The position numbers and the translations under genes are program-made. 64,000 nt of DNA, taken from the NCBI RefSeq assembly GCF_036971445.1, contig NC_091478.1, forward strand, positions 94,302,001 to 94,366,000, in the 5' to 3' direction. Shown piece after piece: positions 27,101-42,100 of the stretch. Below the pieces are notes generated by a model. That model did not search any database and was not told where the DNA came from. It saw only the letters and a program-made list of their open reading frames with translations. Each line of letters opens with the position of its first letter. The first letter of the stretch is position 1. Source of the stretch: Narcine bancroftii. Taxonomy: Eukaryota.

Positions 27101-30100
27101 GGAAAGGGCTTGGTGTGTGGGAGAGGAGCAATGTAAAGGAGGGGCTTGAGGTGTGGGGAGGGGTAATGTGTGGGGGTGTGAGGGAGGGGCTCAGGGTGCA
27201 GGCTATGGAGGATGGGTTGTGTGAGGGAAGGGCTCATCTCTCTCTGCATTACAGGGCCACAGATAACCACCGGGTACGGGAGGTGGCATTGCTGGAACTG
27301 AGTTTTGTCAACGCCAACCTGCAGCTGCTGAAGGAGGAGCTCGAGGGGTTAAACAGCTCAGTGGAGGTTTACCAGAGCGAACAGTGAGTGCTCATGCCGC
27401 AATGAGAGTGTTAAACCCCACAATGCTGCCTGACCTGGCAGCCTGTGGGAGGGGTGAAAGGGAAGCTGGGGGTGTGAGGGAGGGGTCAACATTTCAGGCC
27501 CAGGCCCTTTCTCAGGGATGCCAAAAATAAGGTAGGGGGAAGGTAGAAAAGAAAGGCTGACAGGAAAGGGGTTAATACAGGTGGAATGGTAATAGAGAAA
27601 GAAGCCAAAAAGTGATGGAGAAGAAGGCAAGTAATTAAGAAGGGTAGCTCTCTAATAGAAGAACAAAGGGAAGGGGGAGGGGAGACAGAGGATGAGAGAC
27701 TTGGGAGAGGGATTAACAGAAATTGGAGAAGTCCATACTGAAGCTATCTGGTTGGAGTCTATTGGGACAGAACATTGGATGATAATTTCTCCATTTAGTG
27801 AGTGGCTTTAGTTTTGATGGACAGACCCGTCGGTAGGTAGAATGAAAATGGTTAGCTACTGGGAGGTCCTTGATGTTGCAGTGGGCAGAGTGAAGGTGCT
27901 TGGCAAAGCAATCTCCCAGTCTGCGACCAGTCTCTCCGATGCAGAAGATACCACAGCGGGAGCACCGGATGCATAAATGACCCCCCCCCACCCCTGCAGA
28001 TTCTCAAGTGAAATGTTGCTTTTACTGTTTGGGACTCCAAATGGTGGTGATGGAGGAGGTGTTGGTGAGTGGAGCAGTTCTTGTGGTTATGGAGGTAGGC
28101 ACTAAATGGGCAATGGGGAGGGTATGAGTGGGGGTGGGGAAAGCAATGAGTGGACTAGGGAGTCCCTGAAGGAGCGAACCCTTGGGGGAACACCTTCTAT
28201 TTCACCCTGGCAGTCTCCAAATTTGGGTGTCTGCCTGATTTTCGGAACTCCTGATGAAGGGCTCAGACCTTGCTTCCTATGCATGTTGTGTGATCTGCTG
28301 AGTTTCTCCAGTACTGTGTACTGCAGCAAACCCCAGCACCTACAGATTTGTTACCTGCTTTGTTCACCACTTGAGGACTAACTGAGCGACCCCCTTCCCC
28401 CACCAAACCCTCGGTGACTGACCGCCTTTCCCTTCATTTCTACAGGGAGTGTCTCTGCTTTCCCCTTATCCCCTTGGGTCTGAAGGAAACTAAGGACGTT
28501 GACTTTGTGGTTCCCCTGAAGGTATGGAGAGTTAGCAGGGCTGGAGGGTAATGGGCAGGAGATTCAGCAGAGGTGGATTCCATGAGGAAAGGGGTGGGGT
28601 TGTACTGACCGATGCCTGGAACAGGCGAGGTCATGAGGCTTGGTGGGAGGTCACATGTTGGGACAGCAGCAAGTTCTCCATGGCTTATTAGTCAAGGGTC
28701 AGTGTAGGGAGTGGAGTGGATGAGGGAGTGGGAGTGGGGGGCTTGCAGGGGGAGTGCAGTGGGTGGGGGGGGTGCAGGAGAAGAGGGGCAGGTGGTGAGG
28801 GTGCTGATGGGAGAGTGGTTGTGGAGCTTTGGGAGCTGTTTATGGGGGGAGTGAGGGTCAGAGGGTGGAATGGGGGTGTAGGTGGGTGTGGGGTGGAATG
28901 GATGCCAGAGGGGGGGTATGGGTGCAGGTAGAATGAGGGTTGGGGGGGGTTTGTGAGGTGGGGTGGGGGGCCTGAGGGGGGAGCTGGGCAGGTGGGGGGC
29001 TGCGGGGGTTATGGGGCAGGTGAGGGGGGAAGTGGAGTTGGTGAGGAGTGAGGGAGAACTAATGAGTGGGATATGAGGAAAGAGGGTGGGGAGAGAACAG
29101 TGGGTGGTTGATGGGGAGACACTGCTCAGTTGTCTTCCAGCAGGACTTCCTGGAACAGTGGATTCAACGTGGAAATTTGTTGAGGAAAATCGGTGCAGGC
29201 ATGGCAAGATGCCAGTGTGTGCGACAGCATTCGATGTGGTTCACTGGAGCTGCCTGCGATTTGCCCCAGCAGTTCAGAGGGTTTCCTTTCCCAGCTGGGC
29301 AGAGACCCTGGGGGCGGGGAGGGGCGGAGACCCTGGTGGGCAGTGACCCTGGCGGGCTGCATTCCTGTTTACCCGGTGACTGGGGACACTGTCATTTTGC
29401 AGTAACCAGTGATTGATGATGTCTCTGTTCCTGCACAGGACTTCATCCAGGAACATTACAGTGAGAACCCAGCTGAATATGAAGATCAGATTCTCGACTT
29501 GATGGACCTACGGCAGGTGAGCAGTAGAGGCACGGCTGGAAGGTGGGGGCTGAGATGTCTGGGGGGGTGGGGGGGCAGTGGCAGCTGGAGTCAGGGCCGC
29601 GGATGGGTGGCTGGCGTAGGGCAAGAGCAGGTGTGTTCTGTGTTGGGGAGAAGGCATGGGAAGGATGAGGGGGCAGGGGTTTGGGGAGAGGAGTTGGTCA
29701 CGTGGCAATTTCGTTTGAACAATCAGAGGCTGGGTCTCGTTCAAGGGATGGCCAATGCTCATGGGAGGAGGTGGTCAGTACTGGATATGGACTAAACGCA
29801 GGCAAATGGGACCAGCCCATTTGTCAGCATGGACTTGTAGGGCCGACATGGCCTGTTTCCATGCCATAAACTGTTAGATGGTTATATAAGGGAGAAAGAT
29901 TCTACTCGAAGAGATGACCGATCACCTCCCTCCACAGTCTCGCCAAACCTGCCACATCCCTCCAACAGCTTAATGTTTATTCCACGTTCCAGCATCTACA
30001 GGTCTTGTGCTCCTCTCTACCTCTCCCTCCTAGTCTCTCCTCTCACAATCCCACCATCCTGGTCTCCTTTCCCCCCCCCCGCCCCCCATCTCTGCTCAAT

Positions 30101-33100
30101 GACAAGGGAACAGAGCATTTGGTCATTGTGTCTGTAACTATTGGAGCTGCCAGCTGCTCCTCCCTACCTCCACCTCCTGTTCCACAGGGAGCAGCTGCAG
30201 CCGCAGCCCCCGTCCCCGGTGAAGTCCCGACCTCACCGTGAGTCCGATTTCCTCCACCCTGGTTCCCGGTCTCTCTCCCCCAGTTAACTGTCCTGATGAA
30301 GTCTGGGCCTCACTGTCATGTGTCTGGTTGCAGGCGGTGCGGACTCCGAGCCGGAGTGAGGCTGGCGTTGAGTTACTAAGTTCCTACTACACACAGCTGG
30401 GATTCCTGGAGACCCGCTTCTTCCTGTCAAGTCGGCACCCGGGGTTGTTCTTCACCTGGTGAGTGGAGCCATGGATCCATAGGAGCAGAATTGGGCTGAT
30501 TGGCCCAAAGTCCACTCTGCCATTTCATTGTGGCTGATCCTCCTGCATTCTCCCTCTGTTTTTTGCCTTTTTGGTAGTAAATCAATATCGCCCCTTTGTT
30601 ACTCTTAATCCAAAAGTTACAAGAGCGACATTTGTTTACAATTCAGGCTATTCACACAAAACGTAAGTTACAATTGGTGTAAACCCTCCTTCCCCACCCC
30701 CCCCCCCCACTCCACACCATGGACCTCCTCCCATATCAGGCCATACTTAATGTTTTTTTTACTAATGTTACTTGTAAATTGTAATTCCCATAGATCACTG
30801 AATATAACAGCAACAGTAGTGAGATAAACAATGAACAAAATTAAAATCACACTTAAATTACAATATCAATTCTATTTCATTCTCAAAAAAACTTATTGAT
30901 ACAGGTTCACATATACTAATTACCACAATTTGTAGCTAAAACTCCAGAAAATTCGACAAAAATCACGACTATAAAAACACCAGCAGCAACAAAATCAACA
31001 GCGTGTGCTTGTAGCGCGTGCAGACAAAACCACGATTCGAAGCATAATTGTAATTGGGTAATAATGACAGCTCCGACTGGCGCGCATTAGAAAGTTCAAA
31101 AAGTAAATTAGCATCGAATTTTAACCTTGTAGGTATATTGATACATGTAAGATGGGCTTACAAAAATTGTTGTTAACACTGCACAAAAAAATTCTGATGG
31201 TGTCACCCAGTGTGGTCTGTACGCCCTGCATCGTAATGGCACCCTAGTGGGCTGCCATGGTTCCCCACCATTGCCTTTGTGCATTTTCCAACCATGATAT
31301 TTGGGGACCAATATCATGACCACATTCTCATTTTCTTTTTTTTTTAAATTTTTTTATTTTTCACACCATAAACCACATTGACCAAGATACATACATTTTC
31401 CTTTTCAAATATATACAGTGTCATTTTCTCCCCCCCCTCCCATTCCACCCTCCCTACCTCCCCTCCCTACCTCCCCTCCCATTCATTTAAAGTACAAAAT
31501 CTAAGATACATTAAACCAGTCAAACAATGTTGTCATTCAATAAAAATAAACAAGAAATTCCACTGAGCCAATTCTTTTCATTTACTTCTCCTTTCGTTAT
31601 TTTAGATGGTAGATGTCCCCGGTAGGTTTTCTCTATTGTGTTTCATGTATGGCTCCCATATTTGTTCAAATATTTCAATATTATTTCTTAAACTATATGT
31701 TATTTTTTCTAATGGAATACATTCATTCATTTCTATATACCATTGTTGTATTCTCAAATTATCTTCTAATTTCCAGGTTGACATAATACATATTTTTGCT
31801 ACGGCTAGAGCTATCTTAACAAATCTTTTTTGTGCACCATCCAAATCAAGTCCAAATTCTTTGTTTTTTATGTTACTTAGGAGGAAGGTCTCTGGGTATT
31901 TTGGTATATTGTTTTCTGTAATTTTATTTAATATCTGGTTTAGATCTTCCCAAAATTTTTCTACTTTCTCACATGTCCAGATTGCATGAATTGTTGTTCC
32001 CATTTCTTTTTTACAACAAAAACATCTGTCAGATACTGTTGGGTCCCATTTATTTAACTTTTGAGGTGTAGTGTATAGCCTGTGTATCCAGTTATATTGT
32101 ATCATACGTAACCTCGTATTTATTGTATTTCTCATCGTTCCAGAGCATAACTTCTCCCATGTTTCCTTCTTTATCTTTATATTTAAATCTTGTTCCCATT
32201 TTTGTTTAGTTTTACCATTTGTTTCCTCATTCTCCTTTTCTTGCAGTTTAATATACATATTTGTTATAAATTTTTTGATTATCATTGTATCTGTAATGAC
32301 ATATTCAAAGTTACTTCCCTCTGGTAACCTCAGACTGCTTCCTAATTTGTCCTTCAAGTAGGATCTCAGTTGTTAATATGCCAACACTGTATCTTGAGTT
32401 ATATTATATTTATCCTTCATTTGTTCAAAGGATAATAATCTATTTCCTGAAAAACAATTTTCTATTCTTTTGATCCCTTTTTTCCCCCATTCTCTATAGG
32501 AAAGGTTATCTATTGTAAAAGGGAGTAACTGATTTTGCGTCATTATTAGTTTTGGTAATTGGTAATTTGTTTTATTCCTTTCTACATGAATCTTCTTCCA
32601 AATATTGAGCAGATGATGTAATACTGGAGAACTTCTATGTTGTACCAATTTTTCATCCCATTTATATAATATGTGTTCAGGTGTCTTTTCCCCTATTTTA
32701 TCTAGTTCTAATCTAGTCCATTCTGGCTTTTCCCTTGTTTGATAAAAATTTGATAGGTATCTTAATTGTGCGGCTCTATAATAATTTTTAAAGTTTGGCA
32801 GTTGTAAGCCTCCTTGTTTATACCATTCTGTTAATTTATCTAGTGCTATCCTCTGTTTCCCCCCTTTCCATAAAAATTTCCTTATTATTTTCTTTAACTC
32901 CTTGAAGAATTTCTCTGTCAAGTGTATTGGCAATGCCTGAAATAGGTATAGTATCCTTGGGAAAATGTTCATTTTAATACAGTTTATCCTTCCTATTAGT
33001 GTTAGTGGTAAATCTTTCCATTGCTCTAAATCGCCCTGTAATTTTTTCATTAGTGGATAATAATTGAGTTTATATAGATGGCCGAGATTTTTATTTATTT

Positions 33101-36100
33101 GTATACCTAGGTATCTTATTGCTTGCATTTGCCATCTGAATGGTGATTCCTTCTTAAATTTTGAGAAATCCGCATTATTCATTGGCATTACTTCACTTTT
33201 ATTTACGTTAATCTTGTAACCCGACACTTTTCCATATTCCTTCAATTTCTTATATAATTCTTTTATTGATAGTTCTGGTTCTGTTAAGTATACTATAACA
33301 TCATCCGCAAATAAACTGATTTTATCACATTCTCATTTTCCAGTGATACATTCTCCCCATAACCCTTGATTCCCTTCCTGATCAAGAACGTATCTATCTC
33401 CGTGACAACATTGTCTGACTGGTTTAATGTATCCTAGATTGTATACCTTAAATGGATGGGAGGGGGGGTTGGGAGGAGGGAGGGGGGGGGAGAAAATGTC
33501 ACTGTATATGTGTGAAAAGGAAAAAGTGTGTATCATGGCTAATGTGATTTATGGTGTGAAAAATAAAAAATTTTAAAAAAAAAAGAACGTATCTATCTCC
33601 GAAATATATCTAATGACACGGCCTCCACAGCCATCAGTGGCAACAAATTCCACAATTCCCCTCCCGCCCCTACAAAAATAAATTCCTTGTCTCTTTTCTA
33701 AAGGGATGTTTTTGTATTCAGAGCCTGTGGCCATATTTCCCCACCAGAGGAAACATCCTCTCCATGATCCCTCTATCCAGGCCTTTCAGTATTTCACAGA
33801 TTTCAATGAGATCTCCCCTTATTCTTCTAAACTCCCCCAAATACAGTTCCAGAGCTAACATTCCAAAAATTATTATTGAACCTCTTCTGGATTCTCACTC
33901 ATGCCAGCACTTCCTTCCATTGAAATGGGGCCCAAAACTGCTCATAGTACTTCAAATGTGATCTGAACCATGCCTTATAAAGCCTCATGATTATGTTCTT
34001 GCTTGTGTATTCAAGTTCTCTTGAAATGAATTTGAATTAGCCTTCCTTGCTATCAACCTACAAGTTTTAGGGAATTCTGCATTAGAACGCCTTGAGACCT
34101 TTGCTTTCTGAATTCTCTCCCCCTTTAGCAAGTAGTCTACTTTATTCCTTCTACCGAAGTACACAATCATACATTTCGCTGCCCTTTAATCCAGCTGCCA
34201 TTTCCTTGCCGAGTCTCCTAACCTGTCTAAATTCTTCTGTGGATTTGATATTTTTTCAATATTACCTGACCCTCCTTCTACCTTTGTAACATCTGTGGGA
34301 AATACTACAGAGTTTTTTCCAGCTGCATCAGGTCTGGCCCAGAGCACAGGGTGACCCCCCCCCCCTCCAAGGAAGGAAGGGAGTATAAGAGGGGGCAAGT
34401 GTCTGTGAGAGGGAGGATAGAGGAGATGGTTCCCAGGAGAGAGGGTGGGCAAGGGTAGGCCCATCATTGGCTGCGGTTCTCTCTCAGACTTGGACTCTGT
34501 GCCACTGCAGGTACGACTCGATGACTGGGCTCCCTGCCTGCCAGCAGCACTTGTCCATGGAGAAGGCCAGTGTCCTCTTCAACATGGCCGCCCTCCTTAC
34601 CCAGATCGCCGCTCGTGCTGACCGCTGCAGTCCTGCAGGCCTCCACTGCTCCATGACTGCCCTCCAAAGGGCTGCAGGTCAGTGCCTTGGTTGCCTAGAA
34701 CACTGTATACTTCCACCTGGGGCCTCAGCAGGGTGAGGAGGGGATCTCTGATCATCAGGGGAATGGGTAGCAGACAAGGGTCCTTCATCAGAGCCAACAG
34801 TTATGGGTGAGGGGAGGGATGACCAGGACCCAGTGAAGGGTTTGAACACTGGGATTAAACAGTGAAAGAATCCATAACTGGCACAGGATTGATGAGTCGA
34901 TAGGTTTGGTATTCTCAGGGCACCTAATGGATGACTCTTCTCCCCTCCCCCAACAACGTGTCCTGTCGTTGCAGGGGTGTTGACCCAGTTGCGGGAGACC
35001 TACACTCACACGCCCAGCTTCGATCTGAGCCCAGCCATGCAGACCATGCTGGTGGGGCTGATGCTTGCTCAGGCCCGGGAGTGCTTCTTCGAGAAGGCAG
35101 TGCTGGCAGGGACCATCAACCAATTCTGCAGCCTGCTGCGACTGGCACAGGAGGCAGCCTGGGTGAGTGTGGGTGGCTGAGGGAACACATCCCCGAGTGG
35201 GTGGTGGGTGGTGCTGAGCTGTGATGTTCCCATTCTGTCCATATCTCCCCTCTCCTGGTGAGGGGTGGGAGAAAGTGGGGGAGGGGGAGGGGTGGTGTGG
35301 ATGGCTTTCTTGTGGTCCTGAGAATGGAGGAAGGAGTCCTCGGTGGGGTTTCACCCTCGCGTGAATGTGCCTGTCCTGTATGGGGGTTCCTGTGAGTGCA
35401 GGTGGAGTTGTCCTTGGTGGGGGGTGTGTGTGTTTCCTGTGAGTGTAGGGAAAGGAGTCCCCGGTGGGGTTTTTGTGTGTTTATTTTTCCTGTATGGGGG
35501 AAACGTGAGTGAGGTGGAAGGAGTCCCCGGTGGGGTTGGCCTCATGGTCAGGGACCTGACACTGTTTCTCTCTTTGCGCCAGCTGTCGGACACCTATGCC
35601 CTGGTGAACCAGAGCATTGCCCAGGCTCCCATTAAGGAGCACGTGCCTGCAGCCTGGTGCCACACTGTGCAGGTCAAGCAACAACATTACCAGGCACTGG
35701 CTCATTACCTTGTGTCTATCGCATTGCTGGATCACCAATGTGAGTACCAGGCTAGTGAAGGGGGAGGGTTGCCAGGGTAGCATGGGACCTCTCCCTGAGG
35801 TGCTGGATCCTCCGTGTCCACTTTCTCTGTTACAGTGAATCCAGGTGATGACACTGACCAGCAGGATAAAACCATGTCTGAGCTCTACACTGTGATGCCT
35901 GAGGAACTCCCTCCTCTCAACATCCTCAGGAGCAGAAAACATCGCCAGCGGCTTGGTGAGATAGTGCCCTGATTGATGGGATGGGGGTCAGGGGTCACAG
36001 GGTTGGTCTTGATCCAATGCCTATGTTTAAAAAAGAACTTTGGTTGTTTGAAAACAAACATGAATACAGTTGCACAAACAGATTGTTAATTACTTTGTAA

Positions 36101-39100
36101 AGCATGAGAACTCATTTACAGCAAGAAGTACTGCCACACACAGTATCGATATCAAGAGAGTCTTCTTGTGGTTTACAGGTATTTTTATACCTTTGGACCA
36201 CTAGGATTCTAGAAAATTCGAATGGACTGCTCTATGCAAGTACCTATTCCTTAGAATTCTCTTGGAATTAATTACTCAGTTAATTAATTAAGCTTCCATT
36301 CCCACCTGGGATTGACCTGGGTTACAGGGCTGGGTTTGACCCCCTGGTTGGGGGTCAGGGGTTGGTTGCTGGTGACTCTAGCAAGGAGAGAGTAGCAGAT
36401 TGCACTGGTGATCTAGACCAGGAGAATGAGAGTGATAACAGTGTGATGTATGAAGTTGTCAGGGTGGCGAGGAGTCAATATTTCCCCTGCCAATGTCTCC
36501 AGAATCAGGGAGTCTCAAAATAAAGGGTCAGCGCTTGAGGACTACTGGTCTGCATTGGTCTTTCTCAGTTTCTTCTATCCACAGGTAAAGCACATCTACG
36601 GTCGGCCATAAAGGGGCACGAGGAGGCACTGCGGGTTCAGAGTCTCTGCAAATCTTTAAAAAAGATCGACATCTTCCAGGAAATTCTGAGAGTTTCCCAC
36701 AAGCGCTCTCTCACCAAATACACTGAGCTCGAACAGGAAGATGACTTTGACCTGATGAATGGTCCCAATATAATAGGTATGAGCACTTTGTGTGTCAGCT
36801 GACTCCTGGGACGGCGGTGGGGTGGTGTGGGTGGTGAAATAAGTTGGTCTATATTCTTTAGGGCTCAGAAAAATGAGGAGAGGTCATATTGAAAGATGTA
36901 GGATCCTAAGGGGGACACAAAAGGACAGATGTGGAGAGGTTTCCACTAATGGGAGAGCCTTGAAATAGGAAGCAGCATTACAAGAGATGGCTGTTTAATC
37001 TGAGGTAAGTAGTGAATCTTTGGTGTTCATGTCCCTGGAGACTGGATCGTTGGGATAACAGTAAGAGCTTGGTGAGAGGAGAATCATAGGGAACTTGTAC
37101 AGAAGAGAATGTGGTTCACCAACAGTCAGATTGAATGTGGGGTAGGTTTGAGGGGCCATACCGCCTCCACCTGTGTTCTCAGGCATGAGAGCCACTTCAA
37201 TCCCTTACTTGATACCTGCATGAGTCTCTGCCCCATCCTCACCACATTCAATCCCTCGCTCAATCCCTGCGTGGCTGTCAGTCTATATCCTGGTTTTATT
37301 TCTACCCATAGGTAAAACGAGTCAGCAGATTGAAATAATCCAACCACAGGTGTCCAGTGCGAAAGTGGTGGATCTTTTCCAAAAGCTGGTATGTATTCTG
37401 GGTCAGGGAAGGCTCCACTCCCTCTGTTTACTACTCCTAATGGGACATGGAGATTATCCAAAATTCCTCTCCCTTTCCGACCTTGTCAGCATCTGAGTGA
37501 TTGGTAGAAATTTACAGTAGGAGGCTACTTGGTTCCGATTTGATTTCTTTATTGTCATGTATTAGTAGAAAACATGTAATTGCGTCTGCGGTATGGCGAG
37601 ATAAAGAATTCCCATTGGTGTCACCTGGCGCTCCTCACAATAGGATAGAAAGAGAAGCAAAAGAGGGACCCTTCAGAGTCACTGAGTGTCCATGGATTTG
37701 TATCTAACACTCCCACATCCTCTGTAGCTGCACAGACCCCTATTAGATTAATTGTCAACCCGAGCTCTAGATCCAAACCTCTGACATGATTAGGAAGCCT
37801 TTAGCACCTGAGGCCCTTTGGGAGCCTTTCTTGCCCTCAGCCCCCTCTTGAATCTCTGATACCCGATTTCCATGAGCCAGACTCCTGTAGCCTGCAGGCC
37901 TTGTGGGTCCCACCACTGCAGCCTTTGGGTCCCTCAGCCGTTGAGCTGGTTTTCCGCTGTGTTCCCATCCAGGAGGGTTGTATCCTCTGCTTCTCCTTAA
38001 CAGTGGGTAGGGGGTCTCCCTGTTTCTTGTGCTTGCATTGGTCCTCTGATTCCCCGAGTCTGCAAGCTCTTGTGGCTGCTGCCAACCATAAGCGCTGCCA
38101 TCTTGATCACAGAGGATTTTAAATTAAAACACTGTTGGCTCCTTTAACCAGCTGTTTTAAAGCCTGTACGGAGCTGAAGGCATTAGGACCCTTCGGAGCA
38201 ATGCTATTTCCGCTCTCCCAGGTCTGCACCAGTGGCAGCACTGTCATTGCAGCAGCTTTTTCTTGTCAAAAAGAATGTGCTTCCTTCAACAACAAGCGAT
38301 TGGTGTATTTGGCTCATGGGCCAGAAGAGCCTGTTTACGGTGCTGTATGTTTTTTAAAAAAAAATCTCGACCACCCCTGTCTTGACCTGATGATTTACTC
38401 CAGCGGTTTTTGTTTTTTTGTTGCCCCGTTCAGGACCGAGGATCAACTCTTCCCACGACCACCTTAACACTTAATCTCAAAGTACTGATCCCAAAGTATT
38501 TCCCACTTGCCTGATTTTGTTTCCAAACAAAACACCCTCTTTCATCTCAGTCATAGAACGGAACCGACTCTTTGGCTCATCTAGTTAACAACTGGGCTAG
38601 TGTCACTTGCCTATATATGATCGCGTCTTTCTAAACCCTTCCTATCCATTGATCTGTCCAAATGTCTTCTGAGTGTCAGACTTGTACAGTTTCCTCTGGC
38701 AGCTCATTCCACACATGGACCACCCACTTCATGGAAAATGTTGCCCTTCAGGTCCTTCTCCCCTTAAACTTATGTCCATAATTTTGGAATTGTTTACCCT
38801 GGGGAAGAGAGCATTCACTAGTCATTGACCTCATTAGCAGATCAAGACTCCATTATCAGTATTGGGTTGAAATGGTTCATTGGGTCACAGCTGGGATTCT
38901 TTCTGCCAGGGCCCACCTGCTGCCTTCTCCGCCAGGCAGAAGTGGACAGCCCCTCGCAAGATCAGGCTGCAGCCAGGAGACTGGGAGCAGGGGTTCACAT
39001 TACGGGATGACGCTGCGGTGCAGGTGACAGGATTGGATCCCAGCTGTGCTGCTGCAGTAAGTACCAACTCTCTTATGAACAATCCTCATGTGATTGGGAG

Positions 39101-42100
39101 ATCCTCCTCTCCATCCTCAACAACCGAGACCTCCCAGTAGCCAACCATTTCAAATCTGAGTCGTACTCCCATACTCACATGTACAATCCCACCCTGACCA
39201 CCCTCAGATTGAAGGAACATCACCTTATTTTCTGTATGGGCACTCTCCAGCCAGATGGCTTCTGTGCTTTCTACTAAACTTGGTTGCCTTTTCTTTCCCC
39301 TCCCCCTTTCCAGTTCTCCCCTCCCTTCCCCCCCCCCCTTACCCACCCAGCCAACCCTCCACCCCCTCCCTCCTTTCTCCACTTATCATCTCCTGCCTTT
39401 GGCACCCCCTCCACCTTTTTTGATCAGAAGCCTGATGACATTTTCTCACACCTTGGTGAAGGGGTCAAGCCCGAAACGTCGGTTCCGTATTTCTACCTTT
39501 GCGACATAAAGGACACTGACCTGCTGAGCTTCTCCAGCGTTTTGTGCTTTGACTCGTATGAACATTGGTCATGAGTGTACAGCATGGATAAAGGCTCTTT
39601 GACCCATCGTGTCTGTGTTGACCATTGTGCTTCTTTACACCAATCCCACTTGATGGCACTAATTCCACATCCTTGCAATGCTCAACCCACTACCTCTCCA
39701 ATGTTGTTCATGTTCCTGTCTCCACCTCCTCTGGCAGCTCATTAAGCACCAACTCCTGTGTGCAAAATATTTATCCTCCCCTTTGAACCTCATCCCCCTT
39801 CATCTTAAACCTATGCCTGCTAGTTTTACACATCCTTCATTTGGGGAACAGACTATCTACCCCTCTGTTACAGTTACTTCACAGTCTCCTATGCTCTAGT
39901 GAAAACATCCCCAGCCTATCCAGTCCTCCTATCAAGGTAACATTTCTTCACCTTTTCAAAGTCAATTGCATCCTTTCTGCAGAGAAATGACCAGAACTGC
40001 ACACAACATCAAAGCATGGCCTAACCAATCTTTTGTACATCAGTAACATGGTGTTCCAACTCCAGTGGAGATAAGCATACCAAACACCTTCACTACTGTC
40101 TACCTGTATCACTAATTTCAAGGAACCATGTGATCACACCCCGAGGTCTGTGTGTTCTACAACACTCTCCAGAGCCCTGTCATTCACCATGCAAGAACAG
40201 CCCTGTTAAACTTTCCAAATCACTTTGCCCTTGTCTGAGAAATTCCATCTGACATTCCTTGCTCCACTTTCTAGATCCTGGCATTTCTTAAATCATCTCA
40301 TTCACTGTCTACTACACCATAAATTGTGGTGTCACATGCAAGCTTGCTCACCATGCCAACTGCAATGTCATTCAAATAATTAATATGCATGCCAAAGAAC
40401 AGAGGACCCAGCACCAATCCCTGCAGGACACCACTGGTCTCACACTTCCAATCTGAAAAACAACCAATTACCACTCTGACTTTTAACACGCGATAATGAG
40501 GGCAAGAATAGTATCAGGTGGAGGATGAATGCATGGCTAAAGGGGTGGAGTAAAAGGGGCAGGGATTCGAGTTCCTGGATCACTGGGACCTTTTTTGGGG
40601 GAGGTTGGACCTGTACCGAACGGATGGGTTGCATCTGAATCCCAGAGGGTCCAGGATCCTGGCAGGGGCATTTGGTAGCGCTACTAGGGGGGCCTTAAAC
40701 TAGTATGGTTGGGGAAAGGGATCCATATAAAGGTGAACAGCAAAGAGAAGGCTTGTCCTCAAATAGAGAAGGCTTGTAAACAAGGTTTGGGGTGGAAAGA
40801 CAGGTGATCGAGAATGAAAAGGATCAGTGCAGTGATGGGGGGGGAGGGGGGGAATAATGGTAATAAAGATGGGGACAAGGTAAGATGTGAGAAATTTCTG
40901 AAATGCATTTACTTTAATGCTAGGAAGGTGGATGAGCTGAAGGTGTGGATAGACACTTGGCAGTATGATGTGGAGGCGATTAGTGAGATGTGGTTGCAGG
41001 AGGGAAGTGACTAGCAGCTAAATATTTTGTGATTTTGCTGCTTTAGGTGAAATAGAATTGGAGGGGTAATGGGGTGGTTGGCATTGCTTGTCAGGGAAAA
41101 TATCACAGCAGTACTGATACAAGATGGATTGGAGGGCTCATCAAGGGAGGCGGTATGGGTGAAATTAAAAAAATGGAAAAGGAGAAGTTACAATTATAGG
41201 GGTGTAATATAGACCACCTATGGGGAGTGAGAAATAGAGAAACAAATGTGTAAGGGAATAGCTGATATTTGTAATAACCTCATGGATTTTAATTTTCCTA
41301 ATCTAGATTGGGAAACACATTCTGTGAAGGGGCTGGATGGATTAGAATTCGTAAAATGTGTGCAAGATAGTTTTTCTTTGCAGCAATACATTGAGGTACA
41401 CACTAGAGAAGGGGCAGTGTTGGATCGACTGTTGGGGAATGAGATGGGGCAGGTGACTGAGGTGTGTGTTGGGGAGCACTTCGGATCCAGTGATCATGGT
41501 ACCATTAGTTTCAATATAATTATGGAAAGGGATAGGTCTGGTCTAAAGATTAAGGTTTTTGTGTGGGGGAAAGCCAGACTTGATGAAATGAGAAGGGATT
41601 TGCAAGGTTTGGGTTGATTTGTTTTATGGGAAGGAGGTAGAAAGAATTGGAAGTCATTTCAAGTTGAGATTTTGTGGGTGCAGAATCTTTATGTTCCTGT
41701 TAGGATTTAAGGCAGAGCCAAAAGTTCGAGAGAGCTGTTGTTTTCAAGGGATATTAGAAAGTTGGTTTGAGACAAAAGGGAGGCCTACGTTAAATACAAG
41801 AAACAAGGTATAGATGAGATGCTTGGAAAATACATGGATTGTAAAAAGAAGCTTAAGAAAGAAATTAAGATAGCGAAAAGAAGGTACCAGGTGGCTATAG
41901 TGAACCGGATGAAAGTAAATCCGAAGGGTTTTTACAAATGTGTAAATAGCAAAAGGAGAGTGAAGGATAAAATTGGTCCCTTAGGGAATCAGAGCAGACA
42001 AATGTACGTGGAGCCAAATGAGATGAGGGAGATATTGAATGAGTTCTTCTCTTCGGTATTCACTAGGGAAAAGGATATGGAATTGTGTAGGATAAGAGAA

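Noticed and set aside
31602-33245. 251 and 290 aa ORFs as a host or domesticated gene
   Set aside because: Truncated L1/Tx1 ORF2 with poly(A), TSD and an internal stop.
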